Counted from the first letter of the stretch, positions 1 to 10,313 are shown. The stretch: DNA of 64,000 nucleotides from Leidyana gryllorum EB-2025a (GCA_048772705.1 JBLWGC010000123.1:1-64000); one strand, 5' to 3'. Notes: generated from the sequence alone by a model not told the origin. Program-made: numbers and translations.

Positions 1-53
1 AAGGTCGCCGATTTGTTTCCTTCCCGAGGGAAGGTGTAACCAGTTACACTCTC

Positions 54-135
54 GGCAAGGTGGCCGAGCGGTTAAAACGGCGGCCTTCTAAGCCGTTGGG
101 TTTCAGCCGCGTGAGTTCGAATCTCACCCTTGTCG
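54..135 (+). pseudogene. tRNA-Ser(GCT)-derived; anticodon mutated to TCT
   Basis: Matches 9526-9607 with D-arm and anticodon changes. Confidence 0.8.
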
Positions 136-248
136 GTAGCATTCGGGGAGAGCGCAACTGCTTCAATGATTGAAATGAGGTTTCTGCCCGACTCGAACTC
201 GCTCCACGCTGGACGCTATACCAAGTCAATTGTACTGTCTGATGCACC

Positions 249-320
249 GGCTGTTTGGTGTAGTGGTATGATTCTTCCTTCGGGTGGAAGAAGTCCTGGG
301 TTCGATTCCCAGAACAGCCC
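249..320 (+). tRNA. tRNA-Pro(CGG)
   Basis: Cloverleaf, A/B boxes. Confidence 0.88.
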
Positions 321-401
321 CGTTGCTTGTCGGTTGACCCGACGCTCCATCTCATTTCAAGATGGTACGGCTTTCGTCCAAAGCTGCAGCTGAGGAAGTT
401 G

Positions 402-474
402 TCCACTGTAGTCTAAGTGGCTAGGATATGCGACTCTCACCCGCACGATCCGGGTTCAAGTCCCGGCAGTGGAA
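402..474 (+). tRNA. tRNA-Glu(CTC)
   Basis: Cloverleaf; one anticodon-stem change. Confidence 0.85.
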
Positions 475-531
475 ATCCAGCAGAGTGTGCTTGTAGGCAA
501 CGGTTCCACTACTCCCAGAGACATTGATTTG

Positions 532-604
532 CACCGCCCGCGGGGCTCGAACCCGCGACTGCAAGATTAAAAGTCTTGCGCTCTACCGACTGAGCTAGGG
601 CGGC
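532..604 (-). tRNA. tRNA-Lys(TTT)
   Basis: Cloverleaf. Confidence 0.9.
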
Positions 605-732
605 AAGGAAGCTCTAAACTTAGTTACACCCTATTTGCCGGTGGGTGGATCCGTGGAAGTATTGAGTGGTGGAACAATGTGCTTCAGTAACTTCCGTCAA
701 TAGGGGCTCATTCGTGATGTCCAGTTAACATT

Positions 733-803
733 GCCTTCTTAGCTTGGGGCAGAGCATTCGCTTAGTAAGTGAAAGGTCGCCGGTTCGATTCGGGCAGAAG
801 GCT
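733..803 (+). tRNA. tRNA-Thr(AGT), degenerate
   Basis: Cloverleaf with mismatches. Confidence 0.78.
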
Positions 804-851
804 TGGCTCACGAGCCAATCTATCCTGCAACTGTTCCCTTCTGCGCACACT

Positions 852-923
852 TAGCAGTGCGTCGTTTCAATCGACGGACCTTTGCGTTATGAGCCTAACA
901 CTCTTCCACTGAGCTACACTGCT
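852..923 (-). tRNA. initiator tRNA-Met(CAT), degenerate
   Basis: A1-U72; anticodon stem mismatches. Confidence 0.78.
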
Positions 924-1027
924 CAGTCTGCAACATGGAAGAGGTAGCCGAAATGTGATCCTCGAGATGTTAGTTGCCCTGACTGCCCTACCGAAGCGGG
1001 CTAACGAGGTGGCTGTGTTGGTTCTTA

Positions 1028-1097
1028 GGGCTGTTCTGGAATCGAACCCAGGACTCCTTCCACTCTGAGGAAGGATTATACCAGCAGAGCAACAGCC
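1028..1097 (-). pseudogene. tRNA-Pro pseudogene
   Basis: Decayed Pro body. Confidence 0.75.
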
Positions 1098-1183
1098 GAA
1101 TACTTGGGTGCATGCAACCGGATATACAAATGGAGATTCGAATCTACTGTGGCCTTTTCCAGCTTTTTTGGGATGATCGCCGC

Positions 1184-1267
1184 TGCACAGAATGGGATTC
1201 GAACCCATGCAGACTTGCGCCTACCAGAACTTGAGTCTGGCCCCTTAGACCACTCGGGCATCTGTGC
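1184..1267 (-). tRNA. tRNA-Leu(CAA)
   Basis: Class II cloverleaf. Confidence 0.9.
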
Positions 1268-1417
1268 ATTACTTTCCTTCTGAGTTCCAAAGTGTTAATG
1301 GCTTCCGTTGCGACCGCCGATGTCGTTCTGGCTGCGGTGTGCCGCCCCAAAGTACTCTCACGGCCCGGGGTGCTTAGATGGTAACGTATCTGACTGTAGT
1401 GGTGGCATCAGATATTC

Positions 1418-2021
1418 TGTTGTAGTTCGTGTTGGCCTGATGGTCAACTTCCTATCGGGTGGCCAAATTCGACTTGGTGAAATTTCCAACCCAATTAACA
1501 TCCATCTGGATACTTCCCTACATATTTGGCACTTATATAGGGGCATGTATAAGATGGTGAAAAGGCATTATTAACGAACGTAAAGCAACTACTACTAAAG
1601 CGTAAAGGCTAATGCACCCTAGTGGTCTGAGCTCTCTGCGACAGTGTAACTGTGCAGACACTCACATGAATGATCAGAGTGTGGTGTCGGGGAGAACTAC
1701 CGTGTGTGTCCAGCGCGAGGCTCCGCAAGAGTGCGAGCGACTGGCACATGGGTGGAGTGAGAGAGACACCAGAGCGAGAGACACACGCGAGCAAAGTTGG
1801 CTAAGTCAGAGTTGGACTAGGCAAGAGGCGGCCTAAGATAACTTTTGCACTTGGTACAACAAGTCGTAGTTCTTGTTTTGCGCCGTCGTGTGCGACATAT
1901 TCGTGGTAGACTTGTCGGCAAAAATACTAACTGGGTTCTAAGTCTGACTGGTGGTCGAAAGTATGCAGAGATGAGAACTGGGCCTCGTTCCCCCCTTGAG
2001 TAGCGACTTGGGGTTACAACA
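1418..2021. mobile_element. Solo-LTR-like element, family A (604 bp)
   Basis: TGTTGTA...TACAACA ends; TSD TATTC at 1413-1417 and 2022-2026; empty site near 55960; interrupts a Tyr pseudogene. Confidence 0.9.
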
Positions 2022-2147
2022 TATTCCACGAGTAAATTCCGTCCCACCCGAAGTTGAGGAGTGGACTTCTTGCAACGCAGTTCGTCTGACGCTCCTGTTC
2101 CATCCCATCCTGATCGATGCTTCGCCACCTCTACAGCCTCGCTCAAA

Positions 2148-2219
2148 GACCGAGTCGTCTAGTGGTTAGGACAGCACGTTGTGGCCGTGCAAACCCAGGC
2201 TCGATTCCTGGCTCGGACA
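2148..2219 (+). tRNA. tRNA-His(GTG)
   Basis: Cloverleaf; 5' end altered. Confidence 0.8.
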
Positions 2220-2312
2220 ACCAATCTAAAGTGCATTGCAATTCCCCTCCAAACCTCTCAGATCCTTATCGAGACTGAGAGACCAGTCAGAAAAGCTTAA
2301 GTGCGTGAGCAA

Positions 2313-2383
2313 AGCCTTCTGCCGGAATCGAACCGGCGACCTTTCGCTTACAAAGCGAATGCTCTGTCACCAGCTAAGAAGGC
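2313..2383 (-). tRNA. tRNA-Thr(TGT)
   Basis: Cloverleaf. Confidence 0.82.
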
Positions 2384-2484
2384 AATGTTAACGGAAGTTA
2401 CTGAAGCTCATTGTTCCACCGGTCGAACGGATCTAGGGCTCCACCCAACGGCAAATAGGGTGTAACTCAGTTTAGAGCTTCGTT

Positions 2485-2557
2485 GCCGCCCTAGCTCAGT
2501 CCGTAGAGCGCAAGACTTTCAATCTTGCAGTCGCGGGTTCGGGCTCCGCGGGCGGTG
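2485..2557 (+). pseudogene. tRNA-Lys body with TTC anticodon
   Basis: Loop CTTTCAA; D-loop GG lost. Confidence 0.75.
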
Positions 2558-2606
2558 CAAATCAATGTCTCTGGAAGCCGTAACCTACAACCACACTCTG
2601 CTGGAT

Positions 2607-2679
2607 TTCCACTCCCGGGACTTGAACCCGGATCGTGCGGGTGAAAGCCGCATATCCTAGCCACTTAGACTACAGTGGA
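2607..2679 (-). tRNA. tRNA-Glu(TTC)
   Basis: Cloverleaf. Confidence 0.85.
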
Positions 2680-2981
2680 CGAGTGGTTGAGTTGGGGCTT
2701 CGGCCGAGAGCCGTACCGTCTTGGAAATAATGGTATGTCGGCGTGATCAAGTGAGTGGATCTCTGATACAGATTCGGACTTAGTAACCAATTCCATTTGT
2801 ATTGATCGTGGAATCTTGGGCCTTCGCCGGGCCTTCACCGGGTACAGGGCGAGCTTTTTGCCGCCCCAACTCCGTCGGTGGAGCGCAAGACTTTTGATGG
2901 GAGAACCGCGGGTTCGGGGGGCGCGAGCAGTGCTGAATTGTATGCGAAGCCACTGGCCGCAAAATGCCGAGTTCGACAGGT

Positions 2982-3063
2982 GGCAACTTGCCCGAGTGGT
3001 TAGGGGGGTAGACTCGAAATCTATTGGGCCTGGTCCGCGCTGGTTCAAATCCAGCAGTTGTCG
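2982..3063 (+). tRNA. tRNA-Ser(CGA)
   Basis: Class II cloverleaf. Confidence 0.85.
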
Positions 3064-3127
3064 TGCGATGTGGTGGAAATGATGCAATTCCCAGCATCAA
3101 AAACTCATATGGGTCGAGACAGGGAAT

Positions 3128-3199
3128 GCCTCCTTAGCTTAGGGGCAGAGCATTCGCTTTGTAAGCGAAAGGTCGCTGGTTCGATTCCGGCAGAAGGCT
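3128..3199 (+). tRNA. tRNA-Thr(TGT)
   Basis: Cloverleaf. Confidence 0.85.
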
Positions 3200-3361
3200 T
3201 CAGTCATTAGCCTAAACATGGTTGCGATCATCCCCCCGCATTTTCGGACGGCGACTTGCACACAGCACTCGGCCATCTTGGCGAAGTGTTACCCGTTTCC
3301 TGTCCGTGAAATCTCAAAATGCGAGGAGTTCTGGGGTTGGAGGCCGGCGTGTTTTCTAGCG

Positions 3362-3433
3362 TCCGAGATAGTATAGTGGTTAGTATTTCCGCCTGTCACG
3401 CGGAAGACCCGGGTTCGATTCCCGGTCTCGGAG
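3362..3433 (+). tRNA. tRNA-Asp(GTC)
   Basis: Intact cloverleaf. Confidence 0.92.
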
Positions 3434-3736
3434 CAGTTCCAGCCCTCACAACTGGTGCAACTCAGATTTTGTCTCAGCTGGTCTGGACTTCATTCGGGAT
3501 TGTACGAGTGGGAGCCGCGTATAGTAGCCGACCTTGGAGAGACGTGGCATTGAACCCAGGACTTCTTCCAGCCGAAGAAAGAATCATATAACTAGACCAA
3601 ACAGCCCCCTGTGGGTGCCTCAGGTACTGGCAGGTTCCAAACCTGCGACTTCGTGGCTGAGAGACTTACCTCTGATGGCTGAGCTACGATTATTGGAGTT
3701 TGCGAGCAGCTTGCCGGTGCCCAGTCGATGCAGTGG

Positions 3737-3808
3737 AGCCTTCAGCCGGAATCGAACCGGCGACTTCTCGCTTACGAAGCGAACGCTATGCCCCTAAGCT
3801 AAGAAGGC
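3737..3808 (-). tRNA. tRNA-Thr(CGT)
   Basis: Cloverleaf with mismatches. Confidence 0.8.
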
Positions 3809-3884
3809 AATGGAAGCCGGAGATGACGAAACAATCGCTATTGACGGAGATTAGTGGAGCACTTTGCTGGAGTACTTCAATGAC

Positions 3885-3957
3885 TTCCACTGCCGGGACT
3901 TGAACCCGGATCGTGCGGGTGAAAGCCGCATATTCTAGCCACTTAGACTACAGTGGA
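3885..3957 (-). tRNA. tRNA-Glu(TTC)
   Basis: Cloverleaf. Confidence 0.88.
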
Positions 3958-4072
3958 CAACTCCCTCAGCTGCAGCTTTAGCCGAGAGCCGTACCCTTTT
4001 GACAAGACGTGGTTGCAATCCTGCGGTACAAAAAGGAGGATGTCTATACTAACCTGTGAACCATTGTAGCTG

Positions 4073-4145
4073 GGTCTTGTAGCTCAGTCGGCAGAGCGTG
4101 TGGCTGTTAACCACAAAGTCGCAGGTTCGAAACCTGCCAGGACCG
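4073..4145 (+). tRNA. tRNA-Asn(GTT)
   Basis: Intact cloverleaf. Confidence 0.92.
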
Positions 4146-4260
4146 GTTTCAGAGGCACACTAAACACTGACTGCGCTGCTCTCCCAATGGCACTTGTGGT
4201 CTGCGACTCTTCAAAGATGTAAGTTTGTTTGGATCCCGCCACGTGCAGCCGTATGTACTT

Positions 4261-4333
4261 TGGACGACCTGGGTATGGATCCCAGTACCTCTCGCATGCG
4301 AAGCGAGCGCACTACCATCTGAGCTAGCCGCCC
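4261..4333 (-). tRNA. tRNA-Ala(CGC), degenerate
   Basis: G3-U70; T-loop change. Confidence 0.8.
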
Positions 4334-4393
4334 ATGCGCTCTACATGGAAGACCTATTGCATCCAGTGGCTGACCGAGGGCCGATAAAACGGC

Positions 4394-4473
4394 TGACAAG
4401 AGTGGGATTCGAACCCACGCCCTTTCGGACTGCGGCCTTAACACAGCGCCTTGGACCACTCGGCCATCTTGCC
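4394..4473 (-). tRNA. tRNA-Leu(AAG)
   Basis: Class II cloverleaf. Confidence 0.9.
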
Positions 4474-4700
4474 GGAGTGTTCTTGGCTCGCCACTTTACA
4501 CGTTTTCTGTTCGTGAAGTCTCGAGAAGGAAGGCTTTTCTCACGGCCCGGGGTGCTTAGATGGCAACCCATCTGATGGTAGTGGTGGCATCAGCTATTCG
4601 ACGAGGAAATTCCGTCCGCCGGGAGTTGAGGAGTGGACTTCTTACAACGCATTCCATCCTGATCGATGCTTCGCTACCTCTACAGCCTCGCTCAAAGATT

Positions 4701-4772
4701 GTCCGAGTCGTCTAGTGGTTAGGACAGCACGTTGTGGCCGTGCAAACCCAGGCTCGATTCCTGGCTCGGACA
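4701..4772 (+). tRNA. tRNA-His(GTG)
   Basis: Cloverleaf; C54. Confidence 0.88.
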
Positions 4773-4847
4773 AGCAGTCTAAAGTGCATTGCTCTTCGCC
4801 CCGGTTGAAAATATTGTTGCAGCCATGGTCAAGCCTGTACGATCGGC

Positions 4848-4918
4848 TGCACCTTCCGGGACTCGAACCCGGGCTGCGAGCATGGGAAGCTCGCATCCTA
4901 CCCTTGAACCACAAGTGC
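4848..4918 (-). tRNA. tRNA-Gly(CCC)
   Basis: Cloverleaf. Confidence 0.82.
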
Positions 4919-5116
4919 ACTCGAGAAAGAGCTCCAGCACCCCGAGACTCGGCCGCAGTCTGCGTTGAGCTAGTGGGTGCCTCAAGTACTGGCAGGTTCC
5001 AGTCTGCGACTTTGTGGCTAAGAGACTTACCCTCTGGTGGCTGAACTACGAGGCTCGGCTAAGATGATTGGAGCTTGAGAGACTTAAGCTTTGCAGGTGC
5101 CCAGTCGATGTAGTCA

Positions 5117-5188
5117 AGCCTTCTGCCGGAATCTAACCGGCGACTTCTCGATTACGAAGCGAACGCTCTGCCCCTAAGCTAAGAAGGC
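5117..5188 (-). pseudogene. tRNA-Thr(CGT), degenerate
   Basis: B-box mutated. Confidence 0.75.
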
Positions 5189-5414
5189 AATGCAAGCCGA
5201 AGATCACGAATCAGACACTATTGACGGAGATTGCTGGGCACTTTGCTCAAGTATTCCACTGACTTCATCAACCACTGACTTCCACTGCCGGACTTGAACG
5301 CGGAGCTTGCGGGTGAGGCCGCATATCCTAGCCACTCAGACGACAGTGGGCAATATTCCACAGCGAAGGCAGCTACTCAGCCAAATCGTCGAAGTAAAGT
5401 GCTGAGCATTTGGC

Positions 5415-5486
5415 TACCTACGGCGACACTCAAACTCGCAACCTTTGGATAGAAGTCCAACGCGCTATCCATTGCGCCACGTAGGC
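5415..5486 (-). pseudogene. tRNA-Arg(TCT), degenerate
   Basis: Anticodon-loop deletion; B-box mutated. Confidence 0.75.
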
Positions 5487-5575
5487 CGCGGCTTTTCGAC
5501 TAGATTGAAATAACAACATTCACATTTTTGGACCACGCGCCAGCCGTTTCTCTGCAGCCAAAGTTGCATGGAGTT

Positions 5576-5648
5576 TGGACGACCTGGGTATCGATCCCAG
5601 TACCTCTCGCATGCAAAGCGAGCGCTCTACCATCTGAGCTAGCCGCCC
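5576..5648 (-). tRNA. tRNA-Ala(TGC)
   Basis: Intact cloverleaf. Confidence 0.9.
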
Positions 5649-5694
5649 ATCCGGTCTACATGGAAAACCTTCTGCATCCAGTGGCTGACCGAGC

Positions 5695-5774
5695 TGACAA
5701 GAGTGGGATTCGAACATACGCCCTTTCGGACTGCGGCCTGAACACAGCGCCTTAGACCACTCGGCCATCTTGCC
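5695..5774 (-). tRNA. tRNA-Leu(CAG)
   Basis: T-stem mismatches. Confidence 0.8.
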
Positions 5775-5869
5775 GGAGCCTTCTTGGCTCGCCACTTTAC
5801 ACGTTTTCTGTCCGTGAAGTCTCGAGGAGGGAGGACTTTTGGGGTTGAAGGCCGGTGTGTTTGTGAGCC

Positions 5870-5941
5870 ACCGAGATAGTATGGTGGTTAGTATTTCCGC
5901 CTGTCACGCGGAAGACCCGGGTTCGATTCCCGGTCTCGGAG
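5870..5941 (+). tRNA. tRNA-Asp(GTC)
   Basis: Cloverleaf; position 1 altered. Confidence 0.82.
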
Positions 5942-6203
5942 ATAGATCGTCTTCCGCTCTAGATTTCGTGATGCTCACCTGAACGATGCGTGTTACAGCC
6001 ACCGAGGATGGAACTCGGGACCTTTTGGGTGTTAAACAGACGTCGTGATCACTAGATGGCTGCACGGAGCTTCCGGACTGCGAAAGGGGCGTGTGTCTCT
6101 GGAACCACGTATCCGATGAGCCTGGTTTTTATGTATCGGCCTAAGTTGGACGGCCTGGACTAGTTAAGACCCTTCGCTTTGTATTCAGGAATGGAGATGT
6201 CAC

Positions 6204-6274
6204 GCATCTGTGGTTTAGTGGTAGACTGTGTCGTTGCCACCGAGACGACCCAGGTTCGATTCCCGGCAGATGCA
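6204..6274 (+). tRNA. tRNA-Gly(GCC), degenerate
   Basis: Cloverleaf with mismatches. Confidence 0.78.
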
Positions 6275-6338
6275 GAGAAGATGGCACATGGTGGAGTTTC
6301 ATGCGTGAGTTGGTGTTTGACCCTCCGATCACATCGCA

Positions 6339-6421
6339 CGAGAACTGCTGCATTTGAATCAGCGCGGGCCAAGCCCAGTAGATTTCTAGTCTACTCCCCT
6401 TAACCACTCGGGCAAGTTGCC
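6339..6421 (-). pseudogene. tRNA-Ser(AGA), degenerate
   Basis: Several stem mismatches. Confidence 0.75.
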
Positions 6422-6518
6422 ACCTGTCGGACTTAGTAACAGATTCCATCCGTATTCCTCGTAGAATGTTGGGGCTTCCTCGGGTCGAGGGCAACTCTGT
6501 ATCACAGATCCATTCCCT

Positions 6519-6592
6519 TGGTCACGCCCGGGCTCGAACCGGGGACCTTGAGCTTATTAGGCTCACGCTCTAACCGACTGAGCTACGCGACC
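6519..6592 (-). tRNA. tRNA-Ile(AAT)
   Basis: Intact cloverleaf. Confidence 0.92.
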
Positions 6593-6798
6593 ACTTCTGG
6601 GACGACACTCGGCACCGGTTCGAGAACCTTTTGCCTCTGCTTGCCGCGGTATTGGATCGATATCCAGAATGTCACTTCGGACCACCCCGGAATCTGAGTC
6701 TCACTTCTGAGCTTAAGAGCTTGAAGTGCCACTATTGACTATCTGAGGTTGAGCCTCAGTTCAATCATTCAAGCAGTTGCGCTCTCCCCGAGTGCCAC

Positions 6799-6896
6799 GG
6801 ACAATGGTGAGATTTCAACTCACGTGGGTGAAACCCAACGGCTTAGCAAGCCGCCGCCTTAACCGGCCGCCGCCTTAACCACTCGGCCACCTTGCC
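6799..6896 (-). pseudogene. tRNA-Ser(GCT) pseudogene with internal ~16-bp duplication
   Basis: gccgccgccttaacc repeated. Confidence 0.78.
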
Positions 6897-7005
6897 GACG
6901 ACATCTCATACTCGCTGGCACTTTTTCACAACGGTTTGGGGTCCTCGTCAAGCTTGCTGAACCGTATGTGACATCACTGGCTGCAAAATGCCGAGTTCGA
7001 CAGGT

Positions 7006-7087
7006 GGCAACTTGCCCGAGTGGTTAAGGGGGTAGACTCGAAATCTACTGGGCCTGGCCCGCGCTGGTTCAAATCCAGCAGTTGTCG
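7006..7087 (+). tRNA. tRNA-Ser(CGA)
   Basis: Intact. Confidence 0.92.
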
Positions 7088-7151
7088 TGCGATGTGGTGG
7101 AAATGATGCAATTCCCAGCATCAAAAACTTATATGGGTCGAGACAGGGAAT

Positions 7152-7223
7152 GCCTCCTTAGCTTAGGGGCAGAGCATTCGCTTTGTAAGCGAAAGGTCGC
7201 TGGTTCGATTCCGGCGGGAGGCT
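7152..7223 (+). tRNA. tRNA-Thr(TGT)
   Basis: Cloverleaf. Confidence 0.88.
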
Positions 7224-7385
7224 TCAGTCATTAGCCTAAACATGGTTGCGATCATCCGCCCGCATTTTCGGACGGCGGCTTGCACACAGCACTCGGCCAT
7301 CTTGCCGAAGTGTTACCCGTTTCCTGTCCGTGAAATCTCAAAATGCGAGGAGTTCTGGGGTTGGAGGCCGGCGTGCTTACTAGCG

Positions 7386-7457
7386 TCCGAGATAGTATAG
7401 TGGTCAGTATTTCCGCCTGTCACGCGGAAGACCCGGGTTCGATTCCCGGTCTCGGAG
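7386..7457 (+). tRNA. tRNA-Asp(GTC)
   Basis: Intact. Confidence 0.92.
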
Positions 7458-7722
7458 CAGTTCCAGCCCTCACAACTGGTGCAACTCAGATGATGTCTCA
7501 GCTGGTCTGGACTTCATTCGGGATTGTACGAGTGGGAGCCGCGTATAGTAGCCGACCTTGGAGAGACGTGGCATTGAACCCAGGACTTCTTCCAGCCGAA
7601 GGAAGAATCATACCACTAGACCAAACAGCCCCCTGTGGGTGCCTCAGGTACTGGCAGGTTAGAAGCCTGCGGCTTCGTGGCTAAGAGACTTACCGCTTGC
7701 AGGTGCCTAGTCGATGCAGTCG

Positions 7723-7794
7723 AGCCTTCTGCCGGAATCGAACCGGCGACCTTTCGCTTACTAAGCGAATGCTCTGCCCCTAAGCTAAGAAGGC
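7723..7794 (-). tRNA. tRNA-Thr(AGT)
   Basis: Intact. Confidence 0.92.
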
Positions 7795-7862
7795 AATCCA
7801 GGCCGAAGATCAAGAATCAGTCACTATTGACGGGGATTACTGAGGCACTTTGCTCGAGTAGC

Positions 7863-7934
7863 TTCCACTGCCGGGTCTTGAACCCGGATGTACGGGTGAG
7901 AGCCGCATAACCTAGCCACTTAGACTACAGTGGA
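7863..7934 (-). tRNA. tRNA-Glu(CTC), degenerate
   Basis: 1-nt deletion. Confidence 0.75.
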
Positions 7935-8015
7935 CAACTTCCTCAGCTGCAGCTTTGGACGAGAGCCGTACCATCTTGAGATGAGATAGAGCGTCGGGTC
8001 AACCGACAACCAGCG

Positions 8016-8087
8016 GGGCTGTTCTGGGAACCGAACCCAGGACTTCTTCCACCCGAAGGAAGAATCATACCACTAGACCAAACAGCC
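8016..8087 (-). tRNA. tRNA-Pro(CGG)
   Basis: Cloverleaf. Confidence 0.85.
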
Positions 8088-8174
8088 GGCTGTCGGTCGA
8101 GCAACCCGCTGAGTACAGTCGAGAGAGTGGTCATACGATGTTGAGAACAAAAAAATCGATGGAATCTGCACAAC

Positions 8175-8247
8175 GGGCGACTAGCTCAAATGGTAGAGCG
8201 CTCGCTTAGCATGCGAGAGGTACTGGGATCGATGCCCAGGTCGTCCA
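8175..8247 (+). tRNA. tRNA-Ala(AGC)
   Basis: Intact. Confidence 0.92.
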
Positions 8248-8525
8248 AACTTCGTACGGCTTCACCTGCCGCTATTTATTTCCCGAGCTGAGATAATTGT
8301 GCCTCGTAGCCCTTGGACAGACATGGGCATCGCAGTATGTGTGAAGGTTGCCTCTGAGCCCGGATTTCCGAGTTTGTATTTTACAAACACACACTCTGCC
8401 GACTAAGACACAAGAGCCGATTACAATATTTCAAAGGTCAGTAGAGAGACGCGTGTTGCATGTGTCCAGTTGAGGAGCGCTAGTCCGGATGGCTCTACCA
8501 ACTCTTTTTCGGGAAGGACTGAATC

Positions 8526-8597
8526 GGTTACGTGGTGTAGTGGTTAGCACTGGAGACTCTAAATCTCCCGACCTAGCTTCGATTCCCGGCGCGACCT
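8526..8597 (+). pseudogene. tRNA-Gln body with CTA (amber) anticodon; T-stem broken
   Basis: GGAGA-CTCTAAA-TCTCC. Confidence 0.78.
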
Positions 8598-8660
8598 CGA
8601 AACTGGTCTTCACTTTTCCGTGAAGCCTCGCCACTTCTCGTGGTCTGCGGGACCTTCGCT

Positions 8661-8733
8661 GCAGCCATGGTCTAGTGGTCACGACGTCTGCTTAACACGC
8701 AGAAGGTCCCGAGTTCGATCCTCGGTGGCTGTA
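8661..8733 (+). tRNA. tRNA-Val(AAC)
   Basis: Intact. Confidence 0.92.
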
Positions 8734-8873
8734 AGTCGCATTTTTCAGGTGAACACCACGAAATCTAAAGCGGAAAAACTAAGTGTCTCCAAGACCGGGA
8801 ATCGTACCCGGGTCCTCCCTTCTCGACACTTCACGAAAAGAAAACCTGTCAAGTGGCGAGCCAAGAACACTCC

Positions 8874-8953
8874 GGCATGATGGCCGAGTGGTCTAAGGCG
8901 CTGTGTTCAGGCCGCAGTCCGAAAGGGCGTGGGTTTGAATCCAACTCTTGTCA
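8874..8953 (+). tRNA. tRNA-Leu(CAG), degenerate
   Basis: Mismatches. Confidence 0.77.
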
Positions 8954-9007
8954 GCCATTGTATTGTGCAGGCACTCAGGTAGACAGGTCGTTCGAGCTAC
9001 ATACGGT

Positions 9008-9078
9008 TGCACCTGCCAAGACTCGAACCTGGGTTACGACCTTGGAAGGGTCGCGTCTTACCCTTAGACCACAAGTGC
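9008..9078 (-). tRNA. tRNA-Gly(TCC)
   Basis: Cloverleaf. Confidence 0.82.
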
Positions 9079-9130
9079 AATTGCGGTAGACCACAAGTGC
9101 AATTGCGGTAGACCACAAGTGCAATTGCGG
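9065..9130. repeat. 3 x 22-bp tandem repeat TAGACCACAAGTGCAATTGCGG
   Basis: Exact repeats overlapping the 5' end of Gly(TCC). Confidence 0.9.
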
Positions 9131-9345
9131 AAGAGCTGCAGCAGCCCGAGAGACTCGGGCGGTTTCTGCGTCGAGCTGTGTGGAACATCCTGAAAAACGG
9201 ACTGTTCGGGGATCGGATCGAGCACTTCCACAGACGAAGGAAACTGATACCACTAGCACTTCAACTCGACATGCGGGGCAGCAACTCTCATACAGCTAGC
9301 AAGCTTGCCTCGGTCGAAACGGAACGTCTTCCGAGTGAGAGGCTA

Positions 9346-9417
9346 TGATGCCGATGGGCCTCGGACCCACAACTCCCGGTTCCGAAGACCGATGCCTATC
9401 CAGTAGGCCACCGCACC
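9346..9417 (-). pseudogene. tRNA-Arg(TCG), degenerate
   Basis: CCGGT stem and CTTCGGA loop; B-box mutated. Confidence 0.7.
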
Positions 9418-9525
9418 ATGGAGAGGCTTCGGTCATCTCGATACTCGTGGAGTGAAAGAACACTTCGATCTCAGAACCTCCCCCAAACCGTTGTGAAAAA
9501 GTGCCAGCGAGCAAGAGATGTCGTC

Positions 9526-9607
9526 GGCAAGGTGGCCGAGTGGTTAAGGCGGCGGCCTGCTAAGCCGTTGGGTTCCACCCGCGTGAGTTCGAATCTCACC
9601 CTTGTCG
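9526..9607 (+). tRNA. tRNA-Ser(GCT)
   Basis: Intact. Confidence 0.92.
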
Positions 9608-9788
9608 GTTGCATTTGAGAAAAAACGCAACTGCTTCAAGGATTTAAGTGAGCTTTCTGTCCCACCCAAATCCAACGCCTACGCTGGGCGCTTTATACAG
9701 GAGCCACTTAAAATATTTCAGAGGTCAGTAGAGACCCGTGTTGCGTGTGTCCAGTTGAGGAACAGACTCTTCTGGGATGGGCTGAGCC

Positions 9789-9860
9789 GGTTGCGTCGTG
9801 TAGTGGTTAGCACTGGAGACTCTGAATCTCCCGACCTGGGTTCGATTCGCGGCGCGACCT
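9789..9860 (+). tRNA. tRNA-Gln(CTG), degenerate
   Basis: Two mismatches. Confidence 0.8.
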
Positions 9861-9920
9861 TGGAACTGGTCCTCTACTCCCTGAAACTTCGCCATGTCTT
9901 GGGCTGCGGGGACCATCCGT

Positions 9921-9993
9921 GCAGCCATGGTCTAGTGGTCACGACGTCTGCTTCACACGCAGAAGGTCCCGAGTTCGATCCTCGGTGGCTGTA
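9921..9993 (+). tRNA. tRNA-Val(CAC)
   Basis: Intact. Confidence 0.92.
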
Positions 9994-10048
9994 GCTCGCA
10001 ACTTTCAGCGAGAACCAAAGGGGAGAATCTTAACCGAAATCAACTGTG

Positions 10049-10120
10049 CTCCGAGACCGGAAATCGAACCCGGGTCTTCCGCGTGACAGGCGGAAATACT
10101 AACCACTATACTATCTCGGA
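10049..10120 (-). tRNA. tRNA-Asp(GTC)
   Basis: Cloverleaf. Confidence 0.88.
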
Positions 10121-10313
10121 CGCTCGCAAACACGCCGGCCTTCAGCCTCAGACGTCTTACCAGTTTCGAGATTCCACCGACAAAAACTGCGTGGAGCGAC
10201 GAACCAACACTGCGGCAAGATGGCCGAGTGGTCCAAGGCGCTGTGTTCGGGCCGCAGTCCGACAGGGTGAGGATCTGGGGTTAAGCCTTTCGAACCCCGG
10301 AGCAGTTGGACGG

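Larger units (their letters stand above)
402..3063. repeat. Segmental duplication; direct copy at ~54907-57003 lacks the family A insertion
   Basis: Same gene and spacer order: Glu-Lys-Thr-iMet-Pro-Leu-Tyr-His-Thr-Lys-Glu-Ser. Confidence 0.9.
4640..5780. repeat. Segmental duplication; inverted copy at ~12700-13830
   Basis: His-Gly-Thr-Glu-Arg-Ala-Leu block reversed. Confidence 0.85.
7620..8960. repeat. Segmental duplication; direct copy at ~34810-36145
   Basis: Near-identical sequence including the Gln(CTA) variant. Confidence 0.88.

Noticed and set aside
1612-1836. 74-aa ORF (MHPSGLSS...) repeated in family A copies
   Set aside because: Conservation is explained by recent copying; no recognisable domain, and it is frameshifted in the 63693 copy
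1817-2146. Cys/basic peptide RICRTRRRKTRTTTCCTKCKSYL in family A, reminiscent of a piggyBac C-terminal cysteine-rich domain
   Set aside because: The Cys/His pattern is incomplete, the start lies outside the element, and the upstream frame differs between copies. An HMM search would settle it.
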